A DNA stretch of 64,000 nt from Cyanidioschyzon merolae. Its lineage: Eukaryota. Both the position numbers and the translations under genes were made by a program. Below are positions 11,700 to 23,431 of this stretch, piece by piece; positions within the stretch are counted from its first letter, which is position 1, and each line of letters begins with the position of its first letter. The DNA is taken from NCBI GenBank assembly GCA_000091205.1, contig AP006502.2. One strand, 5' to 3'. The notes under the pieces were generated by a model, which was not told the origin of the DNA, ran no database searches, and worked only from the letters and a program-made list of their open reading frames with translations.

Positions 11700-14600
11700 A
11701 TGAATATAGTGTACAAACTTGGAGGAACTTTGGCAGCATCCTCGCAAGATAACCGGCCCGCGGAAGCGTTTTCGATTAATGTGCACAATTGGAGTTTCGG
11801 CAGTGCAGTGACCCACTGGACGCTTGCCGACTGGTGTCATCAAGGACCTGACCTTGTAGCGGCAATATGTCTCGTTACCGGAAGCGAAAACGCGAGTCCG
11901 CAGAACAGTTTAGGTGTGGAAGGACCGCAGAGTGCGAAAACGCCAAGTGTTTTGGTGTTTCACGCGGAGTCGCCGCAAGAGCTGGTTGTGTTGGCGGCAC
12001 CAGCCGGGCTTTGGCCGAACGCCCTATCTTGGCGGCCACCGCTGGACACTAGATTGTTCAGAGTCATCACGAACAGAGAGGGCAAACAACGAGTTGCTGA
12101 ATTCGCGGATGTAGAGCAGAGCCAGCAGTTGGTTTTCGGTGCTCGTTCGAATTGGCCAAGGCTTCTCGTTCTGCATGGTTGTTCCTTGTGGCGAATATGG
12201 GGACCTCATGCCTCTGGTTTTCGGGTAAATCGTTGGCGGATCACACACGAGGAAGAATGCATGTGGCAACTTCGAGATATCTCCTGGATGCCTCAGTTGG
12301 ACCTGCCTCTGATAGGGGTTTGCGGGCTTGCGGCGAACGGGGAAGTGCAACTCTGGATTGCTCCAGATACTGAAGATGACAAGGGCTTGTTTGCAGTACA
12401 CACGCTAACCATCTGCGAACCGCGGATCATACTCGGGCAACTTAATTTCATCAATCCAGCTGTCAGCTATTTTTCGTACGGCGATGCTGAACTGCATCAG
12501 CCCTGCGCTGCATTTCTAAGATCGGAGCAATCATCCGCTGAAGACAAAAATGGGATAGCGAGCATCCAGACTGAAGATTGGCGGCTTGTTTGTGCGCGTG
12601 TCGTCTACGCAACGCAGGATAACGACGATTGCTTCCAGGTATGTGAGATTGGATTTCTGATTCCCTGCACGAGACAATCCAACGCAGAGACTTGCAACGC
12701 TGTGCAGCCGCTGCCGGACCGTGTTCGAATCATCGCAAAACCTTTGGGATCGATCTGTCTCTCAACGAATCGTTCCGGAGCAAGTGAGTTTCCCACAGGT
12801 GCTGATCCGCTCGTGCCAAGCGCTGGGCTCGCAGCCGAAGCACCAGCTGTGCCCTGTCGATTTCAGATATGTCCCAGCACTGGAGATATTTTCATCGTCA
12901 TCGAGCGTCGCGAGGTTCAGCGGTGGCGCTTTGACTCCAAAACCGCCCAAGATGGGCTCTCGAAAGCCCTGGAGAATCACACCATATCTGGACGAGTCTC
13001 TGAGCCGTCACCCAGCGTCGACAGAGAACACGGCCTTTTGGGTGATCCTTCGTGGTCGCGCGTTGGAAGCTTTCAACACGAGCGGACCATCGACACAATG
13101 CGGTTGAGCCCAAACAGCCTCTTTGTCCTCCTTGGTAGCGGCGATGCTACTTTGACGGTCCTCAAGGGTGATCGGGTCGCATGGGCATCGGGCTCGACAC
13201 TGACAGGATCTCTGCAGATCGGTCCTATGGAGGTCGCAGCGATGGCGATCGCACCGTCACCACACGCTGGCTGCGCATTCGTCCTAACGAATGCGCCCGT
13301 CGAGTTCGGTAGCATTGTCCAGTTGCCCGCAGATCACCTGGACGCCAGTTTCATCGCCAAGACGCTGTGCCGAATGATGCAACATCGCGAGGGAGCAACT
13401 GAACGCGTATTCGACCTCATTACCCGCATCAGAGACGAACCCAAGATATTTGCCCAAATCGTCAAGGCTTTGGAGCAGTTACACGCTCCGCGACGCTGCT
13501 TTACGATGTTGATGCTCTGCCACACGCTCCTAACCCCGCTTTGGTTGGCGCTGAACACCATATCCGTACCCGTACGCATTCTGGAGTCGCTATCGGGCGT
13601 CATCGCGTGCGCGAGCCACATGTACGCATCCGCGGACCACAACATGAAACCGTTAGACGTTCGACTCGAACGCTTGCGCCTGTTTACTCGCCCTCGTCTC
13701 AGCCAGCTATCAACAGGAGATTCAGAGCGCATGTTCTGCGCAGCACAAAAAATACTCTGCATGGGCGCTGCCTGGATTCGACACGCCGCCCTAACGACAA
13801 TGCTCTTCATGCGAGCGGATGAGCTGCCGCCCTTGTGGGCTGCCTTGCGGCGGCAAGATTGGGCATCTATGATCCAATTTATCAAGCATCAAGGCGTTGC
13901 CTCGGGTGCAGTCGACGACCGACGGGTGACCCCGCGTGACACCGCTGCAGCGGCAGCGGCAATGGGCGATTGGGGCGTCACACCGGGCACCGGCAGTGCC
14001 ACCTCGCAGGTACTGATCCATGATTTCCTGAGAGTATCGTTTCACTTCGTTCACGACCCGTATTATGTTCGCCTTATCAATATCGCTTGCTGTTGCGCTG
14101 TTGCAGTTCTAGCAGAGCTGCGCAGTTTGAGTTTGATACCACGGGAGCTGATCGCACGCGTTCGGTTACAGTTTGATCTGGAAACGGGTCACCAGATTGC
14201 GGCTGCTATCCAGGATCTCCGCGATGCCTGGCGTGGTATGGATGCGGAGCTGACGCTATTGCTGCGTACCCAACGTAATGGCTATATGGCAAACTCACCG
14301 CGGCCTGCTGACTTGAGTGACGCTATACGCACACGATTGGACGCACTCAAGTCAGCGATTCATCGGCACATGCTTGCAAACATTGCCGTCGCTCAACGTC
14401 TTTTAGAAAATCCTCACTTTGCTCTTGAGCGCCTTGAAGACTGCGCTGGCATGTTTGGAAGCAGCATGCGTGGCTTCTTTCTTCGGACTGCGCCTCTGCG
14501 CGTATCGTCGGATATGCTCTCTCACGATGCGGTTACCTGCATGCCTCTGGAGGCAGCTGCAGGACGTCGGCGATGTTCACGTACCGGTCTGGTAGCCACT

Positions 14601-14963
14601 GAGCTTGAGGCCAGTTCCTCGACAGAGGATGCGCTACTCCAGACGTGGCGGAATGTATCGCCTTTTGGTGGTGTCTGGTACGTGGACAGTGCGGCCCCTG
14701 CTCATGAATTGAAGGCCAAGTCCGATGTTGGAGCGAACCAAGACTCGTTCGTGCCATCTGCTGCTGACAGGGAGCCCCGATCTCCCCGCGACGGTACTGC
14801 GACAATGGTGGAGAGATTCCCCGACTGGTCGTTGGTGGGCAATCACCGCGACGTTCTTTTAGCCGATCTAGATGATCTCGGACCTGATATCGATATGCGC
14901 CATGTTGCATCAGGTTTGCGAGATGAAGTTTTTGGCGAAACGCACCGCATAAACTTGGCCTAG
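11700..14963 (+). CDS. Large (1087 aa) uninterrupted ORF, conserved-looking hypothetical protein of unknown function
   Basis: This is the longest ORF in the window and has non-repetitive composition. I recognise no domain in it. A beta-propeller-like N-terminal half followed by a helical C-terminal half is a guess. Confidence 0.4.
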   Translation: MNIVYKLGGTLAASSQDNRPAEAFSINVHNWSFGSAVTHWTLADWCHQGPDLVAAICLVTGSENASPQNSLGVEGPQSAKTPSVLVFHAESPQELVVLAAPAGLWPNALSWRPPLDTRLFRVITNREGKQRVAEFADVEQSQQLVFGARSNWPRLLVLHGCSLWRIWGPHASGFRVNRWRITHEEECMWQLRDISWMPQLDLPLIGVCGLAANGEVQLWIAPDTEDDKGLFAVHTLTICEPRIILGQLNFINPAVSYFSYGDAELHQPCAAFLRSEQSSAEDKNGIASIQTEDWRLVCARVVYATQDNDDCFQVCEIGFLIPCTRQSNAETCNAVQPLPDRVRIIAKPLGSICLSTNRSGASEFPTGADPLVPSAGLAAEAPAVPCRFQICPSTGDIFIVIERREVQRWRFDSKTAQDGLSKALENHTISGRVSEPSPSVDREHGLLGDPSWSRVGSFQHERTIDTMRLSPNSLFVLLGSGDATLTVLKGDRVAWASGSTLTGSLQIGPMEVAAMAIAPSPHAGCAFVLTNAPVEFGSIVQLPADHLDASFIAKTLCRMMQHREGATERVFDLITRIRDEPKIFAQIVKALEQLHAPRRCFTMLMLCHTLLTPLWLALNTISVPVRILESLSGVIACASHMYASADHNMKPLDVRLERLRLFTRPRLSQLSTGDSERMFCAAQKILCMGAAWIRHAALTTMLFMRADELPPLWAALRRQDWASMIQFIKHQGVASGAVDDRRVTPRDTAAAAAAMGDWGVTPGTGSATSQVLIHDFLRVSFHFVHDPYYVRLINIACCCAVAVLAELRSLSLIPRELIARVRLQFDLETGHQIAAAIQDLRDAWRGMDAELTLLLRTQRNGYMANSPRPADLSDAIRTRLDALKSAIHRHMLANIAVAQRLLENPHFALERLEDCAGMFGSSMRGFFLRTAPLRVSSDMLSHDAVTCMPLEAAAGRRRCSRTGLVATELEASSSTEDALLQTWRNVSPFGGVWYVDSAAPAHELKAKSDVGANQDSFVPSAADREPRSPRDGTATMVERFPDWSLVGNHRDVLLADLDDLGPDIDMRHVASGLRDEVFGETHRINLA

Positions 14964-16783
14964 CTTGTGTTCAGTGTCGTAGGTGACCACACTGCCTGTA
15001 AAATTCATGAGAGCGCACTCGTAGCGTGCAGTGCCCGCATCCGTATCGAAAGGCGTTCCAGGAGGCCCCCGGAGAGGCGTCACGGACGCGCTTGCTGCCC
15101 GCCCCGGTTCCTGAGGTTCAAATCCGCCACAACGAATGCACTGGAATCATCACGCAAGTTTTCCATAGAGCATGCGCCGCGAATGGGGTACCCGGTTTCC
15201 CAGTGCTTTTCCACATGTGCAGCCATCGGGGCAAACTTGGGGCAATATGCAGCGCGCTGGTCGAGGCTCGAGCTCGTGATATATGTCGTTTGTGTCTTTA
15301 TTCAGGTCACGGGCTAGAATACTGTGTGCAATGGATGACCGTTGTATGCAGGCGCGACGTTGAAACCTGTACTTGGGAGACGCGCTCTCGTTGCACCCTG
15401 GAGTTGTAGAACGACGCTGGCTCGAATCCTGGCTTGCACCTCTGTGCGCTCGACATTTGGAACCTCAGCTGTGTTGGACTTTCGTTATCCTGAATAGAGG
15501 CTTTCTCGAACATTTACACGCTGGAGGCTACAACTGCGGAACGTGCCGCGAAGTCTCGCTCTATCCAGTTGAGAAAACTGGTCTTCTTGAAGTTCTGCTA
15601 GCCTCTGCGCGGCGTCTTTTTCCTGACAGCTGCAGAATAGATGAACTCTTTACTGGATTCTGTTTTACGGCATATGTACGGTGCGCTGCACCTAATATGG
15701 CTCTGTCGATTGGCTAGCCGCTCCGAAGCGGCTAATGTCCGCGCATCTAACCCAAACCTTTGCATTGGTTCAGTTTAACAGAGGGTACTGCAGACGTGCA
15801 TCCCAACGGGTGCCTTCACTCATGAACATACTCGCTGTAACAAGTTGCAACCCTGGAGCGCATTATTGACGATGACTGAACGTATCTGAGGAAGCGGGCT
15901 TCGCTGCTCATACAGAAGCTTGTAGAGAGGTCGAGCGACTCGCGCAAGGCCGTTCGAAAAGCACCACGTCCATACGGACAGTTCGGTAAGCCTCGACGCA
16001 CAACAATTCTTGGAACGTCGCTGTACATACCGACGGTTCCGGGGAATTGCACGTCTTGCACGGAAGTTCGTTTTCCTAAACACACGAAGTTATACCGATG
16101 TCCCGCAACCAAGCGGTGCCAAGGCCAGTTTCTCGCCCGGGCCTCGAGCTTCAGGGCCACAGCTGAGACGCCTTTCAAACCTCTCCCAGCAGGTTTGCTT
16201 ATGCACAGGCTTTCTCAAGTGGCTCCGAGTCTTGCCATCAGCTCAGTTGGAAGCCTGCAGCCGACGGTGGCCTCCGCGTCCCGGCAAGTAAACCAAAGAC
16301 CGGGCAGGGACTCGCGTCGCTCCAAGTTGTCTACGAAGACCAGCGTGTTCTTTCGCGTTCGCTGCAGCGCTTCCTGCAGCTACGAATGCTGCAAAGCACG
16401 CATGAGGAGGTCTTACAGGGGTATGCGGGAATCCCATGGCAAAGGGTTAGCTTTTGATTGACGTTTCTTTCCCAATAGCGGGAGCATGCACTTGGAGGTA
16501 GTCCACGAGCATGACGCAATGTGTATGGAGAGCGCTCGCGACCCATACCTGCATACTGGCTTACACTGCGCAACCAGCCTCTCGGTGTTCGTAGCGCACC
16601 GCACCAGCAACTGAGGAAAGCATACCAGAACGTAGTTTGCGCGACCGCTGCAAACATTGATTGTTCAAGGACTATGCGGGGAGTACGCTACCGAGCCGAG
16701 GGACGGAAACAACACATGCCGTCGTCTGCCGCCGCGAGGATAGCAGGATACCACTCTCCTCAAAGTGAGCCGCTATTCCAGGC

Positions 16784-17040
16784 AGTCGTATCAGGGCCAG
16801 TGTGATAAACAACGACCTGAGAAACGCCAGAAAGCGCTTGATAATCGTCATCGTCACTGGAGTCAGTATCACAGGAACGGCGCATGCTCTTTTGAAGATG
16901 ATTCCGACCACTACGCAGTCATATCAGGGCCACTGTGATAAACAACGACCTGAGAAACGCCAGGAAGCGCTTGATAATCGTCATCGTCACTGGAGTCAGT
17001 ATCACAGGAACGGCGCATGCTCTTTTGAAGATGATTCCGA
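16784..17040. repeat. Tandem duplication: two ~125-bp copies (16784-16908 and 16916-17040) at ~98% identity, 7 bp apart
   Basis: A direct read shows the two copies, with a g/a difference at 'cagtcgtatcagggcc' versus 'cagtcatatcagggcc'. Copy 2 encodes the C-terminal ~40 aa and the stop codon of the BRCT gene. Confidence 0.85.
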
Positions 17041-19847
17041 AAGAAGTTCGCTAGGGCTGCAGAGGAAGCCTCTCTGTCTCTGGGCTTAACGGTACTTTCA
17101 GCTTGCGATGCTGACTCCTTTTCTATTCGCAGTTGGGCGCTGGGCATCGTGCTATGCGGGTCCAGGCTCTGACCTGCCGAATCATTATGGACAGCGTCAG
17201 AAAGCTCGGGAACATGCTCCACTGAGGTACGAATGCCATCACAGACCTCATCTCTGCAAGTTTCCACCGCACAAGTGCTTCTCCGAAGCTCATGGGAACT
17301 TGTATGTAAAACCTGAGTTATCTGAGCCCCGGTTTCCTGTTGAGCACCTGGTTGCGGCGTCTGTTCATACCTCGCTGATATTGCGCTGGATATAGGCACA
17401 GACCCCTGATTCGGCTGCATTGCAAATCTGCCGTCGTGTTCGGCGTCTAACATCCGTTTCAGCCCCAATATGGTGTCGGAGAATGAGAGTCGCCGGCATT
17501 CAGAACCGGTGACACGCTCAGTAGCTTCCGCTGCCCAGCGATACTTGTCGTTAGGGAGAATGCGGCCCGCGGCAACGCAGTCCAATAACCACTGTACCCG
17601 CAAGGCTGGAATATTCCAGAGCACTGCTCTCTCATATTTCTTCCCTTGCGGCGACTCCGAAATGAGCATATCGGTATGATGGTGGCGGAGTCGTTCCGAG
17701 TAAGTAGCACCGAGCAACCGGACCAAGTGTTCGAGGGTTCTACGACACAGCACCATCTGGAACGTTGCTCCTGGGCCGTAAGAGGTGCGACGTGACTGGA
17801 AAAATCCAGAAACGCAGATCGTTTTCCCGCAGAGCCCTTCAAGAGGAACACGAGTGGGCAGCGGTTGGTACCGCGGGTCGGTGAGATAATCGTGAAGCGT
17901 GTTATCCCGGAGACAGTCCTGCACCCATTCGAGCGTTACAAGTGGCGCATTTCGCGTTTCTTTGGATGCAAACTGATCACCATGTACCGAAACAGCAAAA
18001 TCTATAGTCGTCGCTACCGAAATGCGTCGCTCATTGTTCACCGAATCAATCACCTGGGCTCCAGCAGCTCGCAACTGCTTTGCGACAGAAGCAGCCAGAG
18101 CTGGCTGTACACGTATAAGAGGAATGAGGCTCACGCAGGTACCGCGAAAGCAGCTACAAGTCTGGGGTAGGAGCGACCGAGGACTCTTGCTTGCACGAGA
18201 ATCAGCAGCATTTTCGCTCCACGCTTGAGCATGGTCCCGAACGCGGGCGCTTGCAATGCTCAAGAAGTCCGGAGGAATGCACTCTTGCCGTGCAACGCAA
18301 ACTTCAAGCCACTGGAGTGAGCACCACATCACGCCAGAGCGCCAGCTCCACTGAAAGAAATCGAAGACCTGGGGGTTCAGCTCCGCTGCCAATTCGGATG
18401 GTGCAATCACATGTGTGATCAAGGGACTCCAGAATATGTGCAAAAATCCACCGGAACGACGAATCCAAGCTCTAGCACGGTATCTCTGGTCCTCGGAGAG
18501 TCCAAACAGGAAAAAATGAAAATCCTCCAATGGACTGGTAAACGTTTCCGCGTCATCGTCGTCTTGTGGAGGGGAGCATTCAGCAGAAACTGGATTCGCT
18601 GCGCTCGAATTCACCGAAGACGGTTCATCGACAACGGCCACCGTGGCATTGTTCAAGGTGCTGCACATGGAAGTACCCCAGTGTTCGGTGTTTTTCTGAT
18701 GACCAGCGGGAACATGATCCTGGGAACTTGTTGCGCCAATGGCTGCAACAGCTGCGCACGCTAATGGAGGCGGTATGTCTGCTTCTGCGAGCAACGTGCT
18801 CACCTGATAGGTGCCTAAACCCTGGAGCTGATCACTTTCGGGCTGGGGCCCCAGCACAGCATTTCCCATCAAAGAAGCGATCCGTTCGTTCGTAGTTTGC
18901 AGCTGGAATTCGGAGGACCCTTGAAACCCCTCTGCTGCACATGGTTGGGGTCCACCCTGGGAGCCTTGGGTAAAGTCCGCATCCGCGAGATCCGCTGCAG
19001 TAATGAAGTAGGGTTCGCACTCTACGAGCCTCTGCTCGCTCTCGCATCTCTCTACCCAACAGAAAGATAGGATGATGAGTCCATGCCGCAGCGCATAGCG
19101 TACTTTGCGACCACTTGCTCGATGCACGACCAAATGAGTAGAGCAAGTGCTAATATTCCGGACATACTGACCACCATACTTTGTCACCAGAGCGTTCAAC
19201 CGATTGATCTCTGCGTCCAGCAACTGGGCAGAGCTAAATTTCAGGCCAGCGAGAGGTTCCAGCTCGTGCTTCATCTCAGGGCAACGTCGCCGTTGCGCCC
19301 AGCATTCCTCGAGCCAAGCTGGGCGAAGGATCCAGATGCCATGGCGACGACCTACGAGTACTTTTTTCGTGTCAGCCCGTGTGGCGAGAATGTGGGTCAC
19401 ATTTCGCCGCAAATCGCCAGAGAACTCGAAACCAACAAGACTACAAAGGCGTTCTATGCGCGATCGCTGCTCTGCTGATAATCCACTGCAGGTCACGACG
19501 ATCGCAGCTCGCGCGGGCGTCAAACATGATATCATTTCGCGTGCTGCTTCCTCGTTTGTTTTGCAGACGCTCATTAGCTGAGGGTTTAGCGCATGTTTGG
19601 GAGCAGTATCCATCGATACAATTTCAGAACAAAGCGCTTCATGAGTAGAACCGTGAGCAGTGTCGAACTTTTGGTTTCCACCGCCATCGAGGGAGTGTTT
19701 CGGGTGTAAGGCCGGGGTTTCTTCGACGCGACTGACCGAACAAGTTGCCGAACTTTGCGCTGGAGTACCCGTACTAGGCGAGGATGGGGCGGTGCACGGT
19801 TGCAAAGAGCCGACCTCGCCCCGAGCTGCCCTGCACGCTTCAGCCAT
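16911..19847 (-). CDS. Multi-BRCT-domain protein (TopBP1/Dpb11/Rad4-like replication/DNA-damage scaffold)
   Basis: There are at least four BRCT-like blocks, for example 'VVTCSGLSAEQRSRIERLCSLVGFEFSGDL..THILA', 'FFLFGLSEDQRYRARAWIRRSGG' and 'ICVSGFFQSRRTS...LRVQWLLDCV'. The ORF is 978 aa and single-exon. Confidence 0.65.
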   Translation of the reverse strand: MAEACRAARGEVGSLQPCTAPSSPSTGTPAQSSATCSVSRVEETPALHPKHSLDGGGNQKFDTAHGSTHEALCSEIVSMDTAPKHALNPQLMSVCKTNEEAAREMISCLTPARAAIVVTCSGLSAEQRSRIERLCSLVGFEFSGDLRRNVTHILATRADTKKVLVGRRHGIWILRPAWLEECWAQRRRCPEMKHELEPLAGLKFSSAQLLDAEINRLNALVTKYGGQYVRNISTCSTHLVVHRASGRKVRYALRHGLIILSFCWVERCESEQRLVECEPYFITAADLADADFTQGSQGGPQPCAAEGFQGSSEFQLQTTNERIASLMGNAVLGPQPESDQLQGLGTYQVSTLLAEADIPPPLACAAVAAIGATSSQDHVPAGHQKNTEHWGTSMCSTLNNATVAVVDEPSSVNSSAANPVSAECSPPQDDDDAETFTSPLEDFHFFLFGLSEDQRYRARAWIRRSGGFLHIFWSPLITHVIAPSELAAELNPQVFDFFQWSWRSGVMWCSLQWLEVCVARQECIPPDFLSIASARVRDHAQAWSENAADSRASKSPRSLLPQTCSCFRGTCVSLIPLIRVQPALAASVAKQLRAAGAQVIDSVNNERRISVATTIDFAVSVHGDQFASKETRNAPLVTLEWVQDCLRDNTLHDYLTDPRYQPLPTRVPLEGLCGKTICVSGFFQSRRTSYGPGATFQMVLCRRTLEHLVRLLGATYSERLRHHHTDMLISESPQGKKYERAVLWNIPALRVQWLLDCVAAGRILPNDKYRWAAEATERVTGSECRRLSFSDTILGLKRMLDAEHDGRFAMQPNQGSVPISSAISARYEQTPQPGAQQETGAQITQVLHTSSHELRRSTCAVETCRDEVCDGIRTSVEHVPELSDAVHNDSAGQSLDPHSTMPSAQLRIEKESASQAESTVKPRDREASSAALANFFRNHLQKSMRRSCDTDSSDDDDYQALPGVSQVVVYHSGPDMTA

Positions 19848-20378
19848 AACGTGCGCCGTTCCGTTGCGCGCCTATGCACTTTGCGCTTCGATACCAAGTC
19901 CAGGGGAATCGCAAGCCTTCTCAGCAGCTCGACGCCACGTTTGATCCCTTTTTGGCAGGTTTCCTTCGCACAGGTTCCAGAAGATGCCTCACTGACGCTG
20001 GAGTACGCCCCAGTACTGGGTCCGATCCCGGTGCGGTGGTGCACACACGAGCGGCGCCTTCAGTAAGGAGCCGCTAGCGACTGAAAACAGCCGCCAACAA
20101 CGATCGCGGTAACCTGTGTAAACCCTGCTGTAGTTTTCCACTCTGGACACCGTTTCCGCAATACACGTCTTGTCCCTACCTAACAAGTTTAGGCTCTCAG
20201 AATGGGGGCACGCTCGTGGCCCAGGGAGATGTCATGTTCGTCACGGCTGTGGCGTGAATGCTGCGCGGGAGGCGCGATGGCATTGCCCTGCCGCCCTGCA
20301 GAGGCGCTTACGCTACTGTTGGCGGGCTCCGGCAACCACATCGACGACACTTGCTAACTGTTGGCTAGTTCGAGAGTC

Positions 20379-20729
20379 ATGCCTGCATTCACGATAAAGT
20401 GCAACGTTGAACTTTCAAAGGAGAAAGCTACAGCGCTGTGTAAGGAGGCGAGCAAGGTCATGGCTGACATTTTGGGGAAACCCGAGTCGTTCGTGACTGT
20501 GACTTACGAGGTGCCGCTAGCCATGACCTGGGACGGTAACGAGGAACCGGCTGCCGTTTGCATGCTACTTTCTCTTGGAACCTCTAGCCCGGAACATAAC
20601 GTCAAGGTATCCGCCAAAGTTGCAGAACTTTTGCGTAAACACTGCGGGGTGCAGCCGAGTCGCTACTATGTGGAGTTCGTGGACCCTCCGCGGAGCGACC
20701 TAGGTTGGAATGGACGCACTTTTGCGTAA
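20379..20729 (+). CDS. MIF: MIF / D-dopachrome tautomerase family protein
   Basis: 'MPAFTIKCNV...PESFVTVTYE...AVCMLLSLGTSS...RYYVEFVDPPRSDLGWNGRTFA' keeps the catalytic Pro2 and matches MIF across its length of about 116 aa. Confidence 0.75.
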   Translation: MPAFTIKCNVELSKEKATALCKEASKVMADILGKPESFVTVTYEVPLAMTWDGNEEPAAVCMLLSLGTSSPEHNVKVSAKVAELLRKHCGVQPSRYYVEFVDPPRSDLGWNGRTFA

Positions 20730-20781
20730 CAAACACAGCAAAACACTTTTAGACGAAATATCTGGGAGGTAAAGATGGGAT

Positions 20782-21963
20782 CTATGCTGAATTGTTCGCA
20801 ACGACTTGTGCGTACGCCCAGTCTATCCATTTCGTAAGCAGCTCGATGTCCGTCGCATCCACCGTGGCCCCACACCAGATGCGAATACCTGGCGGTGCGT
20901 CCCGATAACTATCAATATCATAGGCTACTTGCTCGTCCTCCAGTAACTGAGTAAGCTGCTTGACCGCGTCGCGTTGAATTTTGGTGAAACGGAGACAAAC
21001 ACTGGTGCAACTGCGCGTTCGCTCGTCAAGGGCGAGAAACTCGATCCAGTCGCGGGAACGCACCCACTGTTCGAGAACGGCTAAGTTGCGCCGGCTGCGT
21101 TCCACAAGAGCAGACAAGCCACCGATAGAATCCGCCCAGCGTAGGGCGTCCAAATAGTCTTCTACGCACAACATGGAGACGGTATTGATCACGTTTCCTT
21201 CAAATATAGATACATCGAGTTTGCCCTTCTTCTTCAAGCGAAAGATCTTCGGTAGCGGCCAGGGCGGTGTATACTGCTCGAGGCGTTCGACTGCTCGTGG
21301 AGAAAGTATGAGCATTCCGTGGGCTGCCTCACCGCCGAGAACCTTCTGCCAAGAGTATGTCAGCACGTCAATTTTGTGCCATGGAATGGACATTGCGAAA
21401 ACAGCAGAGGTTGCATCACAAATGGTGAGACCTCGACGCTGGTCCGGTATCCAGTCAGCATCGGGGACTGCGACACCGGAAGTAGTTCCATTCCAGGTGA
21501 AAACGACGTCGTGTTCAGCAGCATTCACAGCACTGAGGTCTGGTAACTCGCCATATGCTGTTGCTTTGAATTCGCGCACGTTTGGCAGTTTTAGATGCTT
21601 GACCGCATCCTCGTACCAACCCGCACCGAAGGATTCCCAATGACAAATATCTACAGGCAGCGGGCCAAGAAGATTCCACATAGCCATTTCGACGGCGCCG
21701 GTATCGCTTGCGGGAACAATACCCACCAGGTAGTCCGACGGGAGCTCCAGAATCCTCTTCGTTTCCTCGATCGCCTCTTTGAGTTTCTTCTTCCCTATTT
21801 TTGAGCGGTGGGAGCGCCCAATTGGTGCATCCGATAACGCTTTCGCTAGATCGTAACCAGGACGCTTCTTACAGGGCCCCGACGAAAAACACGGCGACAG
21901 TGGGCGATCCTGCGGACGGGCTTCCGAGTGCTCTGTATTCGTTGAGTCCATAGCTGTCACCAT
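20782..21963 (-). CDS. serC: Phosphoserine aminotransferase, long (actinobacterial/archaeal Rv0884c-like) form
   Basis: '[16 protein letters not shown]...[24 protein letters not shown]', '[15 protein letters not shown]', '[22 protein letters not shown]' and '[17 protein letters not shown]' align with the Mycobacterium-type SerC, not the E. coli/plant type. The ORF extends to 22086. The start is probably an internal Met near 21951-21963. Confidence 0.75.
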   Translation of the reverse strand: MVTAMDSTNTEHSEARPQDRPLSPCFSSGPCKKRPGYDLAKALSDAPIGRSHRSKIGKKKLKEAIEETKRILELPSDYLVGIVPASDTGAVEMAMWNLLGPLPVDICHWESFGAGWYEDAVKHLKLPNVREFKATAYGELPDLSAVNAAEHDVVFTWNGTTSGVAVPDADWIPDQRRGLTICDATSAVFAMSIPWHKIDVLTYSWQKVLGGEAAHGMLILSPRAVERLEQYTPPWPLPKIFRLKKKGKLDVSIFEGNVINTVSMLCVEDYLDALRWADSIGGLSALVERSRRNLAVLEQWVRSRDWIEFLALDERTRSCTSVCLRFTKIQRDAVKQLTQLLEDEQVAYDIDSYRDAPPGIRIWCGATVDATDIELLTKWIDWAYAQVVANNSA

Positions 21964-22446
21964 AACCCAGCTGCATAAACGCTGCTTGTACTTCGTTTTC
22001 GCTGATCTAAATTGTTCTGTTCTGTTCTCACGTAGCTTGATAAGTGGACCAGGTGTGATGAAGAGCGACCCCTTGCACATCAACACTGGCCTTCAACGCC
22101 CGGCGTGAAAGTGCTCTATACACAAAGCAACCCCGTTGCCGCTTGCGATCCGGCTAAGAGCTCGTCAAAGTCTTCCTCGGGCACTAAAGTCGGTATCCTG
22201 CGTGCAGATCGCCCAGTTGCACTCACTCCAAAAGTTTTCACGCAATCGTACGGAGCTCGAGTCCTTCCAGTAAAGATACCAAGCAAGCAACCGTCTAGAA
22301 GACTAGGGCGCAATCCGTTTGTGTAAGCGCGGCGGCTGCGGCGACGACGATTGCAGCAACTGCAGCGCTTGCAAAGCCGCCGCAGCGGTACACCCATGTC
22401 AGAATGAAATGGAAGGGGCCGACTGGCTCAAGCAAACAAATTCGAG

Positions 22447-23431
22447 TTATGGTCTCTTCCCGATGTTATGAACATCAGCCTTCGCGGGCTTTTTCTGTGA
22501 CTGCTTCATATTCCTCTCCCTTATCCGTGGCTTTACATACACTGCTCTCGTCCTTCCTTCCCGCTCCGTTGTCAGCTGGAGAAGGATGTTGATGGCAGCG
22601 ATCAAGTCGCGATTTTGCTGGTTCAAGCTGATGTCAACGCATTTCATGCAAATCCGAAAGTCGCAATCAAACCTTCCTTTGCCATTTCTAGCTTCCTTGA
22701 TCGGAGCCTCTTTGCGCCATGAGCAGCAAGGACGCTTCATCGTGGTCGCGTGTTCCAACGAATCCACCACTTCGCCTCCCCATTGCCGGCCCCGCCACGC
22801 ATGAACGCTTGCCCCTTCGCTCGATGCAGGCCCTTGACAGGCACAGAGGGCTCCTCACAATGCCCACCTCCGGTTTGGCGACCGCTGCAGCACTCGACGA
22901 TCACGGGCGTTTCCTGCATAATCAGCCCGGCAAGTGCTGTGTCCACTGCACGCACACGTGCGAGCTCTTCCATACCATACAGGGTTTATGGAATGAGATG
23001 CGGCCCTAGATGAAACGAGCTCCGGAGGGAAGGCTCAGGGCTGAAGAACACGTCGAGAAATTTCAATCTTTGTACGCCCCTTTCGTGCGAAACGGCAACG
23101 CATACTCTGACCAACGCAATCACTGTGATGACTAAAGTGAGCGTCCAAGACCCTTTTCCATGCGAACGGAATAGAAAGGGACCTGCGGGGGTATGGTACC
23201 TTTCGTGAGTTGCACTGTGCTTGCGTCGAATGCCGATTCGCGAAGAGCCTCAGAGAGCAGGGAATTTGTCTTCCATACAGAATCGATTAGTTGGCACGAC
23301 AATTTCAGGGAACGTTTGGCATGAGCAGTTGAAGAAGCCGTCCAGAGACGACGTCGAGTATTTTCACTCGTCAATCCAGCGGCGCGAATTGCTGCGCCTA
23401 AGACTTGTCCTGCAACGGATAAGATCGACAA
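22447..23431 (-). pseudogene. TnpB/Fanzor-like element, family I, diverged copy. Zn-finger remnant and RuvC-III are retained, and upstream frames are broken.
   Basis: ORF 22447-22770(-) reads '...CDFRICMKCVDISLNQQNRDLIAAINILLQ'. ORF 23132-23431(-), 'TRRRLWTASSTAHAKRSLKLSCQLIDSVWKTNSLL', is homologous to 'TRRRSSTACSQAQAASSLDLSSQIIDSVRRMKTPLF' of the young copies. The 3' nucleotide motif 'cgcgggctttttctgtgactg' lies at 22483-22503. Confidence 0.55.

Noticed and set aside
15090-15130. 'gaggttcaaatccgcc', resembling a tRNA T-loop (GGTTCAAATCC).
   Set aside because: The flanks cannot form a T-stem or acceptor stem, so it is not a tRNA.
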